Positions 46,289 through 50,811 of a stretch of 50,811 nt of DNA are shown piece by piece; positions within the stretch are counted from its first letter, which is position 1; each line of letters starts with the position of its first letter. A model generated the notes under the pieces. It had not been told where the DNA came from. It saw nothing but the letters and a program-made list of their open reading frames with translations, and searched no databases. The stretch lies in assembly GCA_037445735.1 (NCBI GenBank), contig JBBIJY010000022.1, positions 1 to 50,811 of the forward strand, read 5' to 3'. The translations under genes and the position numbers were made by a program. This DNA comes from Armatimonadota bacterium (GTDB taxonomy: Bacteria > Armatimonadota > Fimbriimonadia > Fimbriimonadales > GBS-DC).

Positions 46289-47448
46289 GCGGTTATGTGG
46301 CGGACAAGTTGCAACGGGTGACGCCCGCCTATCCCGATGATAGCCTGCTGCGGGCAGCGGAGTTGCTCACCCAGGGCGGCGCGGGCGTGCTGCCCATCGT
46401 GGTGGCGGGCGAGCCAGTCGGCGTGCTGACCGAGGAACGGCTGCGCGACGCGCTCGCCAGCGGCGCCCACTGGAGCGAACCCGTCGCCCGCTGGATGGAA
46501 GACACCTTCCTTCCTGTGCCTATCGATGCGCCCGCTGCGACCGCTATCGAACAGCTGGTCGACTCCTCACGACCGGCGCTGGGGGTTGACCCCTGGGGGC
46601 GCTATGTGGGTGTGGTGAATGTCGCCAGCCTCATCGGTCGCCCCCACGCGAGCGTATCGGTCGGCACGATTGGCGGGATGGCGACCCCGCTCGGCGTCTA
46701 TCTGACCAACGGCATGGTGCGCGCGGGCGCGAGCGACTTCGGGCTGGCGCTCACAGGCGCACTGCTGTTCATTCTCTTTCTCGCTGCCAGCTGGATCGTG
46801 GTCGGCGGCGCCCGCTGGGTGCAGACGCAGTTCAACATCCCGCTGCTGAGCTACTACGATTCGCCCTACGCCTACACCTGGCTGGCGAGCGACCTGATGG
46901 GGCTGGTGCTGCGCGCGTCGGAGTTCGTGCTGTTCCTGCTGCTGATGCGCCTGCTGCCGATAGCGGGCACGCACGCGGCGGAGCATATGGTGGTGCATGC
47001 GATTGAGCGGGGCGAGCCGCTGGTGCCGGAGGTGGTGCGCCGCATGCCGCGCGTGCACCCGCGCTGCGGCACGAACCTGGTGGCGGGAGTGGTGCTGTTT
47101 CTGGGGCTGGCGAACTTCCTGCAGGGCATGACACCCGAACTGAGCAGCGCACGCGACCTCGCCCTGCTGTTTGCCCTGCTGTTCACCGTGATGTTCTGGC
47201 GACCGTTCGGCGAGCTGCTGCAGTGGCTGGCGACCACGAAGCCGCCCACCGAGCAGCAGCTTCTGAACGCGATTCGCGCAGGCGAAGAGCTGTTGCAACG
47301 GGCGCGTCCCTACAGTGGAAGCGTGCCCCCGTTCGGCACGCGCCTGCTGCGAACGGGGCTGCTGCAGATTCTGGCGGGCGCATGGGGCACGCTCGCGATT
47401 CTCAGCCTGCTGGAACGCTGGCTGGGCATCACCCTGCTGATTGGCTGA
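46285..47448 (+). CDS. CBS-pair plus DUF1385 membrane protein
   Basis: N-terminal CBS-like repeats (LPIVVAGEPVGVLTE; VDPWGRYVGVV); HAAEHMVVH and HPRCGTN motifs of DUF1385. Confidence 0.75.
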   Translation: MSGYVADKLQRVTPAYPDDSLLRAAELLTQGGAGVLPIVVAGEPVGVLTEERLRDALASGAHWSEPVARWMEDTFLPVPIDAPAATAIEQLVDSSRPALGVDPWGRYVGVVNVASLIGRPHASVSVGTIGGMATPLGVYLTNGMVRAGASDFGLALTGALLFILFLAASWIVVGGARWVQTQFNIPLLSYYDSPYAYTWLASDLMGLVLRASEFVLFLLLMRLLPIAGTHAAEHMVVHAIERGEPLVPEVVRRMPRVHPRCGTNLVAGVVLFLGLANFLQGMTPELSSARDLALLFALLFTVMFWRPFGELLQWLATTKPPTEQQLLNAIRAGEELLQRARPYSGSVPPFGTRLLRTGLLQILAGAWGTLAILSLLERWLGITLLIG

Positions 47449-47619
47449 GCCTGCACCGCTTCTGGAGCGCATTTTTTTCGCTCTTCTCGATTCGCAAAAA
47501 ATGGGGTATAATAGAGTATCGGCGCCACCGAAAGACCGGGATAACTGAATCGCCAGCCGCATCGGCACTCAGATTATTTCTTCTCTCGACCGCTGAAATT
47601 CACTCAAGGAGGCTACGCA

Positions 47620-49059
47620 ATGCGAATCGCTGGATGCAGTTTCGGGCTGATGCTGTTGCTGGCGCTCGGGTGCGCCCAGCCGTTCACCTATCAGGGGCTG
47701 CTCAAAGACGGCGGCAACCCTGCGAATGGCAACTACCAGATGACTTTTCGGCTCTATAACGCAGTCGCGGGAGGCACGCTGCTGGGTACGGTGGGTCCTG
47801 TGGCCGTGCCTGTGAGCAACGGCTTGTTCAGTGTGGAGCTGAACTTCCCGGCTTCGGTCTGGGATGGGGGAACCCGCTACCTGGAGGTTCAGGTTGGTGC
47901 CACGACCCTCTCGCCCCGTGTGAAGATTAACCCGACGCCGTACGCCAGCACCCTGCGCCTGTTTGAAAGCGGCGCCGCGAATCCTGACCGCATGGTGGTT
48001 GCCCACTCGCCTGCTTTCACGAACTGGGGTCTGATGTATCGGGATACCAGCGACGAGTTCCATTTTATGAGTAGCGGTAGCAGCAGCCTTTCTGTGCGTC
48101 TCGCTGATGGGGACATAACTTTCTACGACGATCAGGGAAGCCTCATCTTCCCCACAGCGGATGCCACCAACGCGCCGATGATGATGATGTTCAGCTCGGG
48201 CACCGCCAACGCCAACCGCATGGTGATTGCCCATTCACCCGCTTTCACAAACTGGGGCTTGCAGTATCGTGACTCGGACGATAAGTTCAACTTCATGGGT
48301 GGCGGTCTGACAGCGCTGAGTGTCGATCTGGTGAATCTCTATGTAGGCGTGCGCACCTTTGTGCCCGAAGTGCCGCTGCACATTGCCAGCGGCAACGATA
48401 GCTCCCTCGGCAGCGGCGGTTATGTTCAGATAGGGCTGACCTCCAGCGCGAACCTCAACATGGACAACAACGAGATTATGGCACGCGATAACGGAGCGAC
48501 CTCCACCCTCTTTCTGAACCACAACGGCGGTGATGTGATTATCAACGGCACCAACGGCACGGGCAATGTCGGCATCGGCACGACCGCGCCCGCCGCGAAG
48601 CTGCATGTGAACGGCACGGCGCGCGTGAAAGTGCTGGAAATCACCGGCGCCGACTTCGCCGAAAAGTTCCCCACCTCCGAACCCGTCCAACCCGGCATGG
48701 TCGTGGAGATCGACCCCGACAACCCCGGCAACCTCCGCCTCGCACGCGGCGCCTACAATAAGCGCGTCGCAGGCATCGTCGCCGGCGCGAACGGGCTTTC
48801 CAGAGGCATCGTGCTGGGCAACTTAGAAGGCAGCGAGAGCCACACCCCGATTGCCATCAGCGGGCGCGTGTGGGTCTACGCCGATGCCACCGAACACACC
48901 ATTGAACCGGGCGACTTTCTGACCACCGCCGAACGCCCCGGCTACGCGATGAAGGCGACTGACCTGCAGAAGGCACAGGGCGCGATTCTGGGCAAGGCGA
49001 TGACCCGCCTGGAGCGGGGCACGACGGGCTTTGTGCTGGTGCTGGTCAACCTGCAATAA
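47620..49059 (+). CDS. secreted fibre-like protein (FTYQG N-domain, internal repeats, C-terminal autochaperone-like domain)
   Basis: Signal peptide, PFTYQGLL; GNVGIGTTAPAAKLHV fibre motif; GADFAEKF...GRV...IEPGDFLTT...GAILGKAM; SD AAGGAGG. Confidence 0.8.
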   Translation: MRIAGCSFGLMLLLALGCAQPFTYQGLLKDGGNPANGNYQMTFRLYNAVAGGTLLGTVGPVAVPVSNGLFSVELNFPASVWDGGTRYLEVQVGATTLSPRVKINPTPYASTLRLFESGAANPDRMVVAHSPAFTNWGLMYRDTSDEFHFMSSGSSSLSVRLADGDITFYDDQGSLIFPTADATNAPMMMMFSSGTANANRMVIAHSPAFTNWGLQYRDSDDKFNFMGGGLTALSVDLVNLYVGVRTFVPEVPLHIASGNDSSLGSGGYVQIGLTSSANLNMDNNEIMARDNGATSTLFLNHNGGDVIINGTNGTGNVGIGTTAPAAKLHVNGTARVKVLEITGADFAEKFPTSEPVQPGMVVEIDPDNPGNLRLARGAYNKRVAGIVAGANGLSRGIVLGNLEGSESHTPIAISGRVWVYADATEHTIEPGDFLTTAERPGYAMKATDLQKAQGAILGKAMTRLERGTTGFVLVLVNLQ

Positions 49060-49072
49060 GGAGGCAATCGCC

Positions 49073-50566
49073 ATGAAAACATTCAGAGGCTTTTGGGCGG
49101 TTGTGGTCTGCAGCACGCTCTGGCTGGGCGGGCAGGCGCAATCGGCTGCTCCACCCCTCTTTGCGCCAGTGAAGGCGACCGTGCCTGCGGGCGCCCCGGC
49201 TTTGCGCAACGCGAAAGCCTACCAGCCGGTGCGCATCCGCTGGCAGGTGGTGCAGAGCCTGCAACCTGCCAGCCGCGTGCTGTTCAACCTGCTGGAAGGG
49301 GTCAACCCGATAGGCGTGGTGGAGCGCGTGGAGCGCCGAAACGAGCAGCGCTACTCCTGCTTCGGACGCCTGGAAGGGCTGGACGGCAGCCACTTCATTC
49401 TGGTGGTGGAGGAGGACGCGCTCGCGCTGTTTGTCGCCGCGCCGATGTATGAGGCGGTGTTTGACCTGCGCTACTACAAAGATGACCTGTATGTGGTGGT
49501 GCAGATTGGCAACGAGCCGCCCTGCGGGAATCGGGAGAACGAGACACCGCCGCCGTTTGAGATGACGCCCGAAGACGCCGAGTGGTACGCCCGCTTTGCC
49601 AATCAGGATTTTGAGATGGCAGGGGGCGACTTCGGCACCGCTGCCTGCACGCAGCCGCGAGCCGTGCTGGATATCGCCGTGTACTACACCACGCAGGCGC
49701 GTGAGGCGATAGGTGGGGTCAATCAGATGAACGCGCGCATCCAGCTGTTTATCGACCAGTGCAATCAGGCGTATCAGAACAGCCAGGTCAGCCTGACGGC
49801 GCGTTTAGTGCGGCGGCTGGAGGTGAGCTATCCCGGTGAAGGGAGCGGAGACAGCAGCACGCAGCTGGGGCATCTGACCAATCCCGGCGATGGTGTGCTG
49901 GATGGCATTCACGCCGATCGCACCAACTTTCGCGCCGATCAGGTCATCCTGCTGGTGAACAATATGGACGCCTGTGGGCGTGCCTGGTGCGGGAATGGCA
50001 GCGACCCGGAGAATGCGTTTGGCGTGGTGCAGTACGACTGCACGACCTACTCCTTCCCACACGAGATAGGACACAATCAGGGTTGCGGACACGACCGTGA
50101 TAATGGAGGCTGTGGCTTCCGTTCGTACGGGTTCGGCTGGCGGTTCACCGGCAGCGATGGTGTGCAGTACCGCACGGTGATGGCGTATGCACCAGGTACG
50201 CGAATCCCCTACTTCTCCAACCCGAATGTGACCTATCAGGGTGTGGCGACGGGCGTGCCGATAGGGCTGCCGAACGAAGCGCATAATGCGCAGGTGATTA
50301 CCGAGACTCGTCGGTCGCGTGAAACCTTCCGCTTGCTGGACATCTGGGTGGACTTCGGTGCAGGTTTTCCTGAGCTGGGTACCTTCACCTTCCCGTTCAA
50401 TACGGTGATCGAAGGGGTGAACGCGATCACGACCTTTGTGGACACGGCGGTGCTGGACTTCCCGACGCTCTACATCAAGGCGGGTTCGCGTACCGAAGGT
50501 ATCACCATCACCAGGCGGATGCGCATCGAGGCGTGCGGCGGACTGGTTCGGATCAGCGCGCCATAA
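49073..50566 (+). CDS. secreted zinc metalloprotease (metzincin, M12B/reprolysin-like)
   Basis: Signal peptide and propeptide; HEIGHNQGCGH (HExxHxxGxxH); Met-turn TVMAY; IPYFSNP. Confidence 0.9.
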   Translation: MKTFRGFWAVVVCSTLWLGGQAQSAAPPLFAPVKATVPAGAPALRNAKAYQPVRIRWQVVQSLQPASRVLFNLLEGVNPIGVVERVERRNEQRYSCFGRLEGLDGSHFILVVEEDALALFVAAPMYEAVFDLRYYKDDLYVVVQIGNEPPCGNRENETPPPFEMTPEDAEWYARFANQDFEMAGGDFGTAACTQPRAVLDIAVYYTTQAREAIGGVNQMNARIQLFIDQCNQAYQNSQVSLTARLVRRLEVSYPGEGSGDSSTQLGHLTNPGDGVLDGIHADRTNFRADQVILLVNNMDACGRAWCGNGSDPENAFGVVQYDCTTYSFPHEIGHNQGCGHDRDNGGCGFRSYGFGWRFTGSDGVQYRTVMAYAPGTRIPYFSNPNVTYQGVATGVPIGLPNEAHNAQVITETRRSRETFRLLDIWVDFGAGFPELGTFTFPFNTVIEGVNAITTFVDTAVLDFPTLYIKAGSRTEGITITRRMRIEACGGLVRISAP

Positions 50567-50568
50567 CG

Positions 50569-50657
50569 CCCTCACCCCTTGCCCCTCTTCCCCGCTGCGG
50601 GAGAGGGGGACACCTGCCCTCTCCCCCGCAGGTGGGGGAGGGGACGGGTGAGGGGGC
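50569..50657. repeat. inverted pair of palindromic repeats
   Basis: CCCTCACCCCTTGCCCCTC...GGGAGAGGGG followed by CCCTCTCCCCC...GGGGGAGGG...GGGTGAGGG. Confidence 0.85.
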
Positions 50658-50686
50658 ATAACTAAACCATGAGGAGGACAACGACG

Positions 50687-50811
50687 ATGAGAACAATGAT
50701 GATGTGTGTAATTCTCACGACGCTAATCGGCGTCACAGGCGCCCAGTCGGGCGGTAGCTACGACCTCAGCTGGTGGACCATCGACGGCGGCGGCATCACC
50801 TTCGCCACCGG
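50687..50811 (+). CDS. secreted protein with SGGSYDLSWWTIDGGG N-terminus (partial, runs off the window)
   Basis: SD GAGGAGG; MRTMMMCVILTTLIGVTGA-QSGGSYDLSWWTIDGGGITFAT; absent from the ORF track because it is truncated. Confidence 0.8.
   Translation, partial: MRTMMMCVILTTLIGVTGAQSGGSYDLSWWTIDGGGITFAT

Noticed and set aside
47620-49059. Fibre gene as a prophage remnant
   Set aside because: It has a Sec signal peptide, host-like codon usage and no neighbouring phage genes

Overview
A GC-rich bacterial chromosomal segment with no CRISPR array, rRNA, transposase or integrase. It is most likely from a diderm Armatimonadota (Fimbriimonadia-like) organism. That assignment is an inference from the EF-hand/dockerin-like C-terminal tag, the 'YDLSWWTIDGGG' protein, and outer-membrane genes found alongside rny/YtxH-type genes. 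Housekeeping content: groES-groEL, queF, def-fmt, an MsbA-like ABC exporter, hisC, tRNA-Ala(CGC), menG/ubiE-polyprenyl synthase-HAD, mnmA, proS, recX-rny and prpB. Envelope content: a type IV pilus/secretin operon (exeA-like ATPase, HTH protein, pilM, pilN, pilO, pilP-like, pilQ, pilB, HDOD), a separate pilT, a PilH/I/G-like ABC module, and several secreted proteins. Main candidates for undescribed biology: (1) a 936-aa outer-membrane barrel resembling a miniature SprA/T9SS translocon, with a possible C-terminally tagged substrate in the same window; (2) an unannotated ~70-nt small RNA candidate with an ECF-type promoter, anti-SD tracts and its own terminator; (3) a soluble ExeA plus an ExeB-like-peptide/HTH protein heading the pilus operon behind a sigma28-type promoter; (4) a secreted fibre/metalloprotease/small-protein cassette with a phage-type autochaperone domain; (5) a recurring GG-TAnnnT promoter signature with many apparently leaderless genes. 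All family assignments come from motif recognition by eye; no searches were run.
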